32,000 nt of DNA from Nostoc punctiforme PCC 73102 (GTDB lineage Bacteria; Cyanobacteriota; Cyanobacteriia; Cyanobacteriales; Nostocaceae). How positions within the stretch are numbered: the stretch's first letter is position 1; the number at the start of each line of letters is the position of its first letter. The stretch lies in contig NC_010628.1 of assembly GCF_000020025.1 (NCBI RefSeq), positions 3,960,001 through 3,992,000 of the forward strand. Reading direction: 5' to 3'. A program made the translations under genes and the position numbers. The notes below the pieces were generated by a model. It had not been told where the DNA came from, made no database searches, and saw only the letters and a list, made by a program, of their open reading frames with translations. This document shows, piece by piece, positions 9,448 to 17,297 of the stretch.

Positions 9448-9626
9448 CTATATTTTCTAGAACTCTAGTGGTCTGTCTGTTTTGTATTTGCTGTTGACAG
9501 ATGGCGTGTTAGAAACGGATGGTGCGTGATATTTTTACCCAACGGACAACAGAAAGTCTTTTACGGTGATGATTGTTGGAAATAAAATTATCAGTCAGGT
9601 GGGAAAAATCGGTAATTCAATCTCAA

Positions 9627-9640
9627 GCGATCGCGATCGC
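9627..9640. repeat. Two overlapping HIP1 octamers (GCGATCGCGATCGC), shown as representatives of at least 19 HIP1 copies in the window
   Basis: I verified exact GCGATCGC by eye at 193, 4337, 9627, 9633, 13181, 15112, 18581, 21097, 21332, 22842, 24698, 24901, ~25597, ~27092, ~27691, ~28225, ~29625, ~29801 and ~31709. HIP1 over-representation is a known cyanobacterial hallmark. Confidence 0.9.
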
Positions 9641-9924
9641 ACTTTGGCCCAATAGCTGCTGAAGATTGCACTCAGAATTTATCGGGAGAAGCTCATGAAC
9701 AACCAACCGAATCACAAAAACTTTAGCCCACAAGAAACGCCATGTCTTATCTGCGGCTCACAAAATTTTGTGAAGGGGTCGTACCGTTGGAGAATCAGTA
9801 AGTCAGTGGGTGTAGTGAAATAGGCAGTTATTGCAGAGGGAGCAGGGGAGCAGAGGGAGTATAGAGACAAAGATTGAGTATTTTTTACTACCAAAATAGA
9901 TTGCTTATACACTTATTTCTTCCT

Positions 9925-9963
9925 CTTCCTCTGCTTCAAGAGCTTCCTCTGCCTCAAGAGCTT
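9925..9963. repeat. 18-nt tandem duplication (CTTCCTCTGCYTCAAGAG x2.2) forming one arm of an imperfect long hairpin
   Basis: Units at 9925-9942 and 9943-9960 are 17/18 identical. A purine-rich partner, GCAGAGGGAGCAGGGGAGCAGAGGGAG, lies at about 9833-9860 across an AT-rich spacer. Confidence 0.55.
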
Positions 9964-10047
9964 ACCCATCTCACTGTTAGAGCATTGCTCCCTGTATTGC
10001 CTGCCCTGCTAGGGGAATAAAGGTAAGCAGTACTCATACAGGGCAAC

Positions 10048-10560
10048 CTACCAGAAATATGGCAACAACTTATACCTAACTTTTTCTGTATAGCTATCGT
10101 AGCCCTTGAGTTCTTGCCGCAAAAATTGCTCCTCAAATTGAATCCGTACAACCAGGATTGTCATGGGAACGATCGTTAGTAAAGATGCTGCTACGGATTC
10201 TAACCACAAGGACATACCAACCATCACTAAAATAGCACCTGCATACATAGGATGCCGCACAACGCCGTAAACTCCCGTATCAATCACTATTTGTTGTCAG
10301 TCTGCCTGATGTTTGACCGCAGTTGCTGCAAAGGTATTTACCTTAAACGACAGAGAAATAATCCACCAACCAACGACATACACGACTAATCCCAGTACCG
10401 AAATTATCTTGCTTGGTTGAGCAAACAGATGAAATCGGAACACATCTAAGGGGATGAAGGCAATTATACCTAAGAATGTTGCGATTAATAAGCTGGCAAG
10501 AATTTTGTCAGCCAGAGGTTGTGACTCTTGAATAGGTGGTTTGAGCCAATTCCTGAGAAA
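10048..10560 (-). pseudogene. Isoprenylcysteine carboxyl / phospholipid methyltransferase-family membrane protein gene with an in-frame TGA and no start codon
   Basis: The C-terminal half IDTGVYGVVRHPMYAGAILVMVG..RIQFEEQFLRQELKGYDSYTEKVRYKLLPYFW matches the ICMT/PEMT motif (G.Y..vRHPmY.G ... EE..L). The upstream 87 codons are in the same frame and hydrophobic, but they are separated by a TGA at 10297-10299 and I found no ATG. Confidence 0.55.
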
Positions 10561-10596
10561 TTATCTAGCCAAATCGACGCAGGTGTTAGACTCACT

Positions 10597-10713
10597 ATGA
10601 AGAAAGCTATTGAAAAACATCGCCGTCTAGTAGAATCTATTAGCATTTGGCAAAATGGCCAAGTTGTGAGATTAACCGCCATACAAATTCCTCCTCTCAA
10701 CTCAGATGAGTAA
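10597..10713 (+). CDS. Small hypothetical protein (38 aa), translationally coupled to the next ORF
   Basis: MKKAIEKHRRLVESISIWQNGQVVRLTAIQIPPLNSDE. Its stop overlaps the next ATG (ATGAGTAA, 10706-10713). Start choice is uncertain; the track ORF begins at 10528. Confidence 0.35.
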   Translation: MKKAIEKHRRLVESISIWQNGQVVRLTAIQIPPLNSDE

Positions 10714-11365
10714 CCTATTTTCCCTCATTCCAGATCAAATCCGAGATAAACTACCACTGACGGAAGATAAAAAACAACTACTTCAACAGCAAACCATTAG
10801 TCAAAATATTCCAGGAACAATTCTGCGGGATTTTCAAACTATTTTAGAACTTCTCCAACCCAATGGTGTTGAAGTTAGTAGCACTTATCACCAATTATCG
10901 CTTAAATATCTCCAACAACTTAACTTACAATTGAGTTATCCCATAGATATTAACCTCAAACGTCCTGTACAAAAATCCTATCCTTATATTCACGGTCTTT
11001 ATTTTCTCCTCCGCACCTCTGGACTGTCTCAAGTTATTACCGAAGGTAAAAAGAGCAAGTTAGTTTTAGACCAAAAAGTTCTGCAAATTTGGCAAGGATT
11101 AAACCACACAGAACAATATTTTACCCTGCTAGAATCTTGGTTAGTTTGGGGAGAAAGTGAACTCTTAGGCGACCAAAGAGATATGTTTGACCAAGCATAT
11201 CGCTGTTTATTATTTTGGAACAATCTCCCATCATCAGGATTAAAAATTAATAATTACTCAGAACAAGATAAATTAGTTTATTATGGGTGCATCCCAGTTT
11301 TTATTATTCCAAAACAAATAAATAACAGGGAAGGATTGTTACAGAAAACGGAAGTCAGGAAGTAA
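10706..11365 (+). CDS. Hypothetical protein whose 3' end is replaced by an IS insertion
   Basis: 219-aa ORF as it stands. From codon 194 (11285) onward the reading frame lies inside the ISKra4-type element. Joining 11284 to 12503 gives ..KLVYY-DTA*, so the insertion sits 3 codons before the likely native stop. Confidence 0.55.
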   Translation: MSNLFSLIPDQIRDKLPLTEDKKQLLQQQTISQNIPGTILRDFQTILELLQPNGVEVSSTYHQLSLKYLQQLNLQLSYPIDINLKRPVQKSYPYIHGLYFLLRTSGLSQVITEGKKSKLVLDQKVLQIWQGLNHTEQYFTLLESWLVWGESELLGDQRDMFDQAYRCLLFWNNLPSSGLKINNYSEQDKLVYYGCIPVFIIPKQINNREGLLQKTEVRK

Positions 11366-12502
11366 GGGGATATCAGGAAGGGATAATAAAGTCATCAAGA
11401 CTAGGTGTATCAATGACTCCTGAAGAAGAACAACAGATAAAAGAATATTCTCGTGCAATAGCAAAGATACTGTACAAAAGTACTACGGGTGAGCAACTCA
11501 CAAGTTTGGCAAAAATAGAAGAAGTAGTACGCTCTCAAATGCGGAAGCATGTAATGCCAGAAGTAGGGTTTTTTTATCGAAAATGCCACAGGAGAAAGCA
11601 GAGGATACAAACGAAAAATAAAAAGTATTATTGGAGAACTGCCAATTACAAACTCTCAAGCACAAAAGCTAGAAATTAGACCCCATAATCAATTGAGTCC
11701 ATATTTAGAAGCTTGTTGCTTACGAATCAGCGCGTCGGTATCGTATCAACGTGCGGCAGAAGATATTGAATATTTAACTGGTGTAGAAGTATCAAAAAGT
11801 GTGCAGCAACGATTAGTGCATCGTCAAAATTTTGAATTACCGCAAGTAGAATCAACTGTGGAAGAATTGAGTGTGGATGGAGGAAATATACGCATTCGTA
11901 CAATCAAGGGACAAGTCTGTGATTGGAAGGGTTATAAAGCTACCTGCTTACATGAAAAACAAGCTATTGCTGCCTCATTTCAAGAAAATAGTCTTGTAAT
12001 TGATTGGGTCAAAAGCCAATCAATTGCTCCTATCTTGACCTGTCTTGGCGATGGCCATGACGGTATTTGGAATATTGTCCGCGATTTTGCTCCCGAACAC
12101 CAGCGTCGGGAAGTACTTGATTGGTTTCATCTGATGGAAAACCTACACAAGATTGGCGGTTCTAATCAACGGCTCAATCAGGCTAAAATCCTTCTCTGGC
12201 AAGGAAAAGTTGATGATGCTATCGCTGTCTTTGCTGACTGTCAGCTAAAACAAGCTTTTAATTTCTGTACTTATCTTGAGAAACATCGACACCGGATTGT
12301 CAATTACCAATATTATCAAGCAGAACAAATCTGTTCCATTGGTTCTGGTGCTATTGAGTCTACTGTCAAACAGATTGACCGTCGAACCAAAATTTCTGGC
12401 GCACAATGGAAATCTGATAACGTTCCTCAAGTCTTAGCTCAACGCCAGAGCTTATCTTAATGGATTAATCTTTGCTCACTAAATAAAAACTGGGATGCTC
12501 CC
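11285..12502 (+). mobile_element. ISKra4-family-type insertion sequence
   Basis: The terminal IRs are GGGTGCATCCCAGTTTTTATT (11285-11305) and the reverse complement of AATAAAAACTGGGATGCTCCC (12482-12502), 20/21 identical. The element carries a transposase of ISKra4 type. Boundaries are good to about 3 bp. Confidence 0.75.
11413..12460 (+). pseudogene. ISKra4-type transposase, split by a +1 frameshift in a T7 run
   Basis: ORF1 is MTPEEEQQIKEYSRAIAKILYKSTTGEQLTSLAKIEEVVRSQMRKHVMPEVGFF. ORF2 extends upstream in its own frame as GFFIENATGESRGYKRKIKSIIGELPITNSQAQKLEIRPHNQLSPYLEACCLRISASVSYQRAAEDIEYLTG... The two frames meet at TTTTTTT (11569-11575), and removing one T fuses them. Confidence 0.75.
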
Positions 12503-12618
12503 GATACAGCGTAAGTATATTTATTTATGTACCCATCTTATTAATACACCTAATGATAGTGCCAAATTCACTTTTTAACAGTGTAAATAAAGGTAGGTAC
12601 TTTAAGAGGTAACTAAGT

Positions 12619-13056
12619 ATGGCAACCTTATCTAATCCCACACTGTCAATCGATATTTTTACTAATTCAGAGCCTAATGTCAGTGTAAGGGTCGATGTCA
12701 GACTCACTTCGTTTGAGACTTTTCTTATTGAGAATGAGGTTGGTTTCCAGCTTACAGCTAAATTAGTTAGAGACGATGGCGGTTTAAACCTAAGAGATAA
12801 TGACTTGTTCTTGTTTCCAACTCAAAACATCACTAGTGCAGGAACTTATACCTTTCAATCAACAGTTAGCTATAGCACGCTGAATGAAGATAGTGGCTTA
12901 CTTAACAAAGGTAATGAGCTATTCGCCAACTTTAGCCTTACAATCACAGAACAAATGTTTCCATTAAATGTATCGATTAGCAGCCCTAGCATTGAGAGCA
13001 GGATGGTTTCATTCTCTAAAGAGACTGAAAAATCAAAGGTTCTAGCGATTAAGTAA
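12619..13056 (+). CDS. Orphan hypothetical protein (145 aa) between two IS elements
   Basis: Intact ORF preceded by AAGAGG 8 nt upstream of the ATG. The Ser/Thr/Asn-rich sequence looks beta-strand-like. I recognise no family. Confidence 0.5.
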   Translation: MATLSNPTLSIDIFTNSEPNVSVRVDVRLTSFETFLIENEVGFQLTAKLVRDDGGLNLRDNDLFLFPTQNITSAGTYTFQSTVSYSTLNEDSGLLNKGNELFANFSLTITEQMFPLNVSISSPSIESRMVSFSKETEKSKVLAIK

Positions 13057-13133
13057 TTGCGCTCATTTAGCATCACGTTTTGTCAGAAACTCACACCCCA
13101 GGCCAAATCAATTCAAAAAAGGTATTGTAATAG

Positions 13134-13155
13134 TCAATACCGTTGCCAAAATAAG
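13134..13155. repeat. Solo copy of the IS4-type element's terminal repeat
   Basis: TCAATACCGTTGCCAAAATAAG is the exact reverse complement of 2698-2719, the right end of the IS at 1266-2718. It directly abuts the next IS. Confidence 0.55.
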
Positions 13156-13156
13156 A

Positions 13157-14403
13157 CAGGACTTACGCAACTGGCACAATGCGATCGCCAGTTGATAGTA
13201 CATGAGTATTAATTAAATCTGATTTTGAAAGCCTTGTCTTCGTAATAGAAGTCGCTGTCTTGGAAGCAAAGCATGAAATATTCATGAGAAAATAGGTAGA
13301 AGTTGTATTAGATAAATTTGCTAACGGTAATGAGATTTACTAAGCTTAGTTACTGCCAATACTTATTAAGTAGTCAAATTAATTATACAATTACCAATTT
13401 GGCAGAGCATTTAGAGAGTATTAGTCATGATGCCATTAACTATTATTTGAAAAGAGAGAAATTAACACCTCGTTTACTATGGGATAACGTGAAAGACCTA
13501 GTTGAACCTGATGACAATGGTTACATAATATTTGATGATAGCGTTTTAGATAAAAGGTATTCTGAAGAAATAGAAATAGTCAGAAGACAATATAGTGGTA
13601 ATGAGCATGGTGTCCTTAAAGGCATTGGTGTAGTTAACTGCGTGTATGTCAACCCTACACTTCAAAGATTTTGGGTCATAGATTATCGAATTTTAATCCT
13701 GATGTCGATGGCAAAACTAAGATAGACCATGTGAAAGACATGCTCCAAAGCCTTATGTATCATAAGTTTTTACCATTTGATACTGTTTTGATGGATACAT
13801 GGTATGCGGTACACAGTTTAATGCTATATATTGATAGCTTAGACAAAATTTATTATTGCCCTTTAAAAAATAATCGTTTAGTTGATGATACTTTTGATAA
13901 AAAAATATAAACGGATTGAATTATTAGAATGGAACCAAGAAGAATTAGACTGTGGTAAAATCATAAAAATTAAAGGGTTCCCAGCTAATAAAAAAGTGAA
14001 ACTATTCCGGGTTACTGTTTCTACCAACAGAACGGATTATGTCGCCACTAACGATTTATCTCAAAGTTCCACGGATGTTGTACAAGAGGTGTGTAAAATT
14101 CGTTGGAACATAGAGGAGTTTCACAGGGAAATTAAACAACTAACTGGCATTGAATCTTGTCAGTGCCGGAAAGCTAGGCTTCAAAGAAATCATATTGCTT
14201 GTGCAATGTTGGTTTGGGTTAGGTTAAAGAATTTAGCCTATAGAACTGGCCAAACTATCTATCAAATCAAGCATAACTTGCTTTCTAATTATTTAATTCA
14301 GCAACTGAAACGCCCAAGTATTCTTATGTGCTTGGTTTGATTTAAATTGTCGCGTGTCAAGGCTGCGCCCTGCCCGCTATTTGTGCCAGTTGCGTAAGTC
14401 CTG
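13157..14403 (+). mobile_element. IS4/IS701-superfamily insertion sequence (1247 bp) with perfect 23-bp terminal inverted repeats
   Basis: CAGGACTTACGCAACTGGCACAA at 13157-13179 is the exact reverse complement of 14381-14403. The repeats enclose three collinear transposase ORF pieces. Confidence 0.85.
13330..14340 (+). pseudogene. DDE transposase broken by two homopolymer frameshifts
   Basis: The pieces 13318-13725, 13671-13910 and 13882-14340 join as ..FWVIDYRI|FNPDVDGKTKIDH.. (T4 run, 13691-13694) and ..DDTFDKK|YKRIELLEWNQ.. (A7 run, 13899-13905). Motifs are IIFDDSVLDKRYSEEIEIVRRQYSGNEHGVLKGIGVVN and CKIRWNIEEFHREIK (an x-(2)-R-(3)-E-(6)-K pattern). Confidence 0.8.
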
Positions 14404-14639
14404 CCTTTTATTCAGAATACTCGGAAAGTGACAGAAGAGGGGTATTTGTCGCCAAGAAGAAAAAAATAGAACTCAAAAACGTCACAGTAATTTCTGGGAT
14501 AGGTTTATATGGGTCAAAATTGGATAGTAGCTTGGCATGGGTGTCAAGCCTGGGTCGAGGAAATGGTCGGTTCCATTCGCAATAAGCAGGCATATTATCA
14601 GCGAGGTTTAAGGGCTATGAAGCTTATACAGCAAGCACT

Positions 14640-15458
14640 TTAACTTGCTTGTCGCCCCTTGAAGATGTAGTGTCTGCGATTTACTTTACGCCACGCCTGT
14701 GGGCTAGTTCCATAATATTCACGAAACTGACGAAAGAAGTGATTGATACTGCGATAGCCTAATGCAATAGCAATCTGCTGTATTGACTCGTCTGTTTTCA
14801 AAAGTAAGTCGCGTGCAGCTGTTACGCGCCGCCGAACAATCCAGCGATTTAGCGTTTCTCCAGTTTGATTTCTTACTAGCCCGGTCAAGTACGCTGAAGA
14901 AAAACCCAAGTACTTTGCTACATCGCGCGAACTAATGGATTCATGATAATGAGTTTCAATAAAATTAAAGATTTTTTTTAGCTGAGGACAAGTAGAAAAA
15001 AGCAAAGAAAAATTTGTGAATTCATCTGTCTGATCAGATGTAAACTCTGAGATCCTCTGAGATTCAAAGGCAAACCATTGCTTGAGAATTGCCTGTTTTT
15101 TCAGTTGAGCCGCGATCGCTCCTAGTAATTCCTCTGGAGTAAAAGGCTTGATTAGATAGTCACTCGCTCCTAGTGCCATACCTTGGCGAATCTCTGCTTT
15201 GTTGCTTTTACCAGTTAAAAAGATAAAGGGAATAACGGCGGTAGTTGGATTTTGGTGTAGCGTCTTCAAAACTCCATAACCATCTAGTTCTGGCATCATG
15301 ATGTCGCAGATTGCTAAATCAGGCCGATGTTCGTGTACTTTTTGAACACCAATCCGACCATTTTTAGCGCTCATTGTTTCAAATCCTTCGCTTTCTAAGT
15401 AATCTAACAACATTTCTCTCGTTAGCTGCTCGTCTTCGATAATTAATACTTTAATCAT
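14640..15458 (-). CDS. Response regulator, REC domain plus AraC-type HTH output
   Basis: The REC domain shows MIKVLIIEDE, ..DLAICDIMMPELDG and ..DYLIKPF. The C-terminal region (VAKYLGFSSAYLTGLVRNQTGETLNRWIVRRRVTAARDLLLKTDESIQQIAIALGYRSINHFFRQFREYYGTSPQAWR) is an AraC/XylS HTH. Confidence 0.9.
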   Translation of the reverse strand: MIKVLIIEDEQLTREMLLDYLESEGFETMSAKNGRIGVQKVHEHRPDLAICDIMMPELDGYGVLKTLHQNPTTAVIPFIFLTGKSNKAEIRQGMALGASDYLIKPFTPEELLGAIAAQLKKQAILKQWFAFESQRISEFTSDQTDEFTNFSLLFSTCPQLKKIFNFIETHYHESISSRDVAKYLGFSSAYLTGLVRNQTGETLNRWIVRRRVTAARDLLLKTDESIQQIAIALGYRSINHFFRQFREYYGTSPQAWRKVNRRHYIFKGRQAS

Positions 15459-15519
15459 ATTTTTCCTCGCTCTCTCTATTGATTGGGCGTAAATGCAGAT
15501 ACTTTTGGCTGACTATTTT

Positions 15520-16659
15520 TTACGGGAGCGCGATACTTGCGGTGGGCAAAGCCAACGCAAACTCAGTCCCTACACCAATTTGGCTTTCTACTGTAATTTG
15601 ACCACCGTGGATATCCACAAGCTTTTTCACAATGGCTAATCCCAAGCCATGACCTGGTAAGTCTTCAACATTTTTACCTCGATAAAATGGTTCAAATAAT
15701 CTCTCTCGATCGCCAGGTAGAATACCAATACCTCGATCTTTAATCCGAAAAATCACCTTTCCGTCTTGGTGGTAAACGATAAAATCAACAATGCCACCAG
15801 AAGGAGAATATTTTAGCGCATTTTCAAGTAAATTCGTGAGAATAATTTGAAGCATAATTCTATCTAAGTTTGTAGACAAACAATCGTCTTGACAGCGGAA
15901 ATTGATCGAGTTTTGGTAGCTTTCATTTGGATATAATTCTGCCAAGAGGTTACGGCAAAACTGAAAAATATTAAGTGGCTTTGGATCGAATTTGAGCTTT
16001 CCAGCTTCTGCTCTACCGATAATCAAAACTTCATCGATTAACAAACTCAGCATTTCGACTCCTTTTTGAAGTCGATTTACATACTCTTGGATTTTTTTCT
16101 TACTCCAGTCATCGCTATGACGTTTTAGCAAGTTTGTACAAAATGAGATCGCATTTAGTGGAACGCGCAATTCATGAGAAACCATTGAGACAAGCTGCAC
16201 TCTATTCTGCACCAGTTCTTTTTCTCGTTCTAAAACTTGTTTGTACTTGGTAATATCTACTGCTGTCACCAACTTAGCTGGCTTTCCGGCAAATTCGATC
16301 GCTTTAACTGAATAGTCTAGCCAGCATTCTTCACCATTTTTGCTTAGTAACTTAATTTCTTGATATTGAGGAACAGTACAGCTATCCTGATGAATTTGGA
16401 TCAGTAGAGTTGAAGCAGCTAGGAGGCAGGAGGTAGAGGACAGTTTTCCTTTTGCCTTTCTTAATAAACCGATATGGATTAGCAATTCTTCACAAGAATA
16501 CCCAAACAGACAAGAGGCTGCATTATTGAAATAGAGAATACTCCCATCCGATCTTATTATAATAATTGCTTCCGATACACAGTTCATCAATGATTTAGTT
16601 AAGCATAAGTCCTCTTCTTTTATTTGCTTAGAATGTAACAGCAGATTATTAAAAACCAT
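15520..16659 (-). CDS. PAS-domain sensor histidine kinase
   Basis: The protein shows a PAS-like N-terminal region, an H-box SHELRVPLNAI, an N-box LLENALKYSP, a G1 box IKDRGIGI and a G2 box GHGLGLAIV. It lies 61 nt upstream of the response regulator on the same strand. Confidence 0.9.
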   Translation of the reverse strand: MVFNNLLLHSKQIKEEDLCLTKSLMNCVSEAIIIIRSDGSILYFNNAASCLFGYSCEELLIHIGLLRKAKGKLSSTSCLLAASTLLIQIHQDSCTVPQYQEIKLLSKNGEECWLDYSVKAIEFAGKPAKLVTAVDITKYKQVLEREKELVQNRVQLVSMVSHELRVPLNAISFCTNLLKRHSDDWSKKKIQEYVNRLQKGVEMLSLLIDEVLIIGRAEAGKLKFDPKPLNIFQFCRNLLAELYPNESYQNSINFRCQDDCLSTNLDRIMLQIILTNLLENALKYSPSGGIVDFIVYHQDGKVIFRIKDRGIGILPGDRERLFEPFYRGKNVEDLPGHGLGLAIVKKLVDIHGGQITVESQIGVGTEFALALPTASIALP

Positions 16660-16880
16660 CTTTTTAATTCCTGCAATGAAGGTTTGATCGAAATAAAGAT
16701 GGAGCTAGCAGCATATACAGCAGTTTGCAAATATGTAAGACTTAGACAAAAAACCTTTGAAACTATAACTCCTCTGCGGTGAGCCTCTTCTCTAAAAGAT
16801 GCTTTGCAAATACGTCTAAGTTTATTGCGCGACCTCTGCGTAAGCCCTAAGATGGACAGAATTAGAAGTCGCTTATTACC

Positions 16881-16910
16881 TAGTTAATATTTACCATAAC
16901 TTAGTTAATA
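16881..16910. promoter_or_regulatory. Two identical 9-mers TAGTTAATA spaced 21 bp apart in the divergent intergenic region
   Basis: The copies are at 16881-16889 and 16902-16910. Related AGTTAAY copies occur at 16961-16967, 17244-17251 and 17256-17262. The background is AT-rich, so chance is not excluded. Confidence 0.3.
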
Positions 16911-16946
16911 ACACAACAAAAATTAGATTAATTGATTAAGGTTAAC

Positions 16947-16972
16947 CAAAGATTAACTTAAGTTAATCTTTG
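16947..16972. promoter_or_regulatory. Perfect 26-bp palindrome CAAAGATTAACTTAAGTTAATCTTTG
   Basis: This is an exact dyad centred on TTAA, followed by A8. It sits in the 638-bp region between the histidine kinase start and the STAND operon start. It may be an operator. It has no T-tract in terminator orientation. Confidence 0.4.
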
Positions 16973-17240
16973 AAAAAAAATTAAAAATGTGAGTCAACAG
17001 ATATTTTTAGCTCTCATCAGCATCACAGAAGGCTAAAACTAAAACTCAATTCAGTGACGTGATCGCATCACTAAAAATAAGTCGAAAATCCCCTTAAATA
17101 GACTATTCTGGAGATTTAACACCATCTTCTCGACGAACCTAAACGATAGTAGTTCTCGTGATAGAGCAAAAACTTATTGTTGGTACAGCCGCCAAGTGGT
17201 AGCATAAAATTAAGGATGTTCTGTAATAAGTTCATATAAA

Positions 17241-17269
17241 TAAAGTTAATACAAAAGTTAACTTATAAT
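17241..17269 (+). promoter_or_regulatory. Putative promoter of the STAND/kinase/DUF928 operon
   Basis: A consensus -10 hexamer TATAAT lies at 17264-17269, 29 nt upstream of the ATG. It is preceded by two AGTTAAY motifs. No good -35 is present at 17-bp spacing. Confidence 0.3.
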
Positions 17270-17297
17270 CAACTAGTTTATATACTCTTAAGGGTCG

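Noticed and set aside
9696-9806. 36-codon ORF MNNQPNHKNFSPQETPCLICGSQNFVKGSYRWRISK, a possible zinc-ribbon fragment
   Set aside because: Only one CxxC pair is present, the ORF is very short, and it ends at the repeat element. The evidence is insufficient.
9712-10151. Minus-strand ORFs 9712-9912 and 9954-10151
   Set aside because: They run through repeat or low-complexity sequence, and one overlaps the methyltransferase pseudogene in another frame. Neither has motifs.
12525-12707. 60-aa minus-strand ORF
   Set aside because: It overlaps the start of the better-supported plus-strand orphan ORF and shows no features.
14408-14593. 61-aa minus-strand ORF between the IS end and the response regulator
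   Set aside because: It has no motifs and no ribosome-binding site, and it sits in the IS-flanking spacer.
16947-16980. The 26-bp palindrome plus A8 as a rho-independent terminator
   Set aside because: The A-run follows the stem on the plus strand, and on the minus strand the T-run precedes it. Neither strand has a hairpin followed by a U-tract, and the stem is AT-rich. An operator-type role is more plausible.
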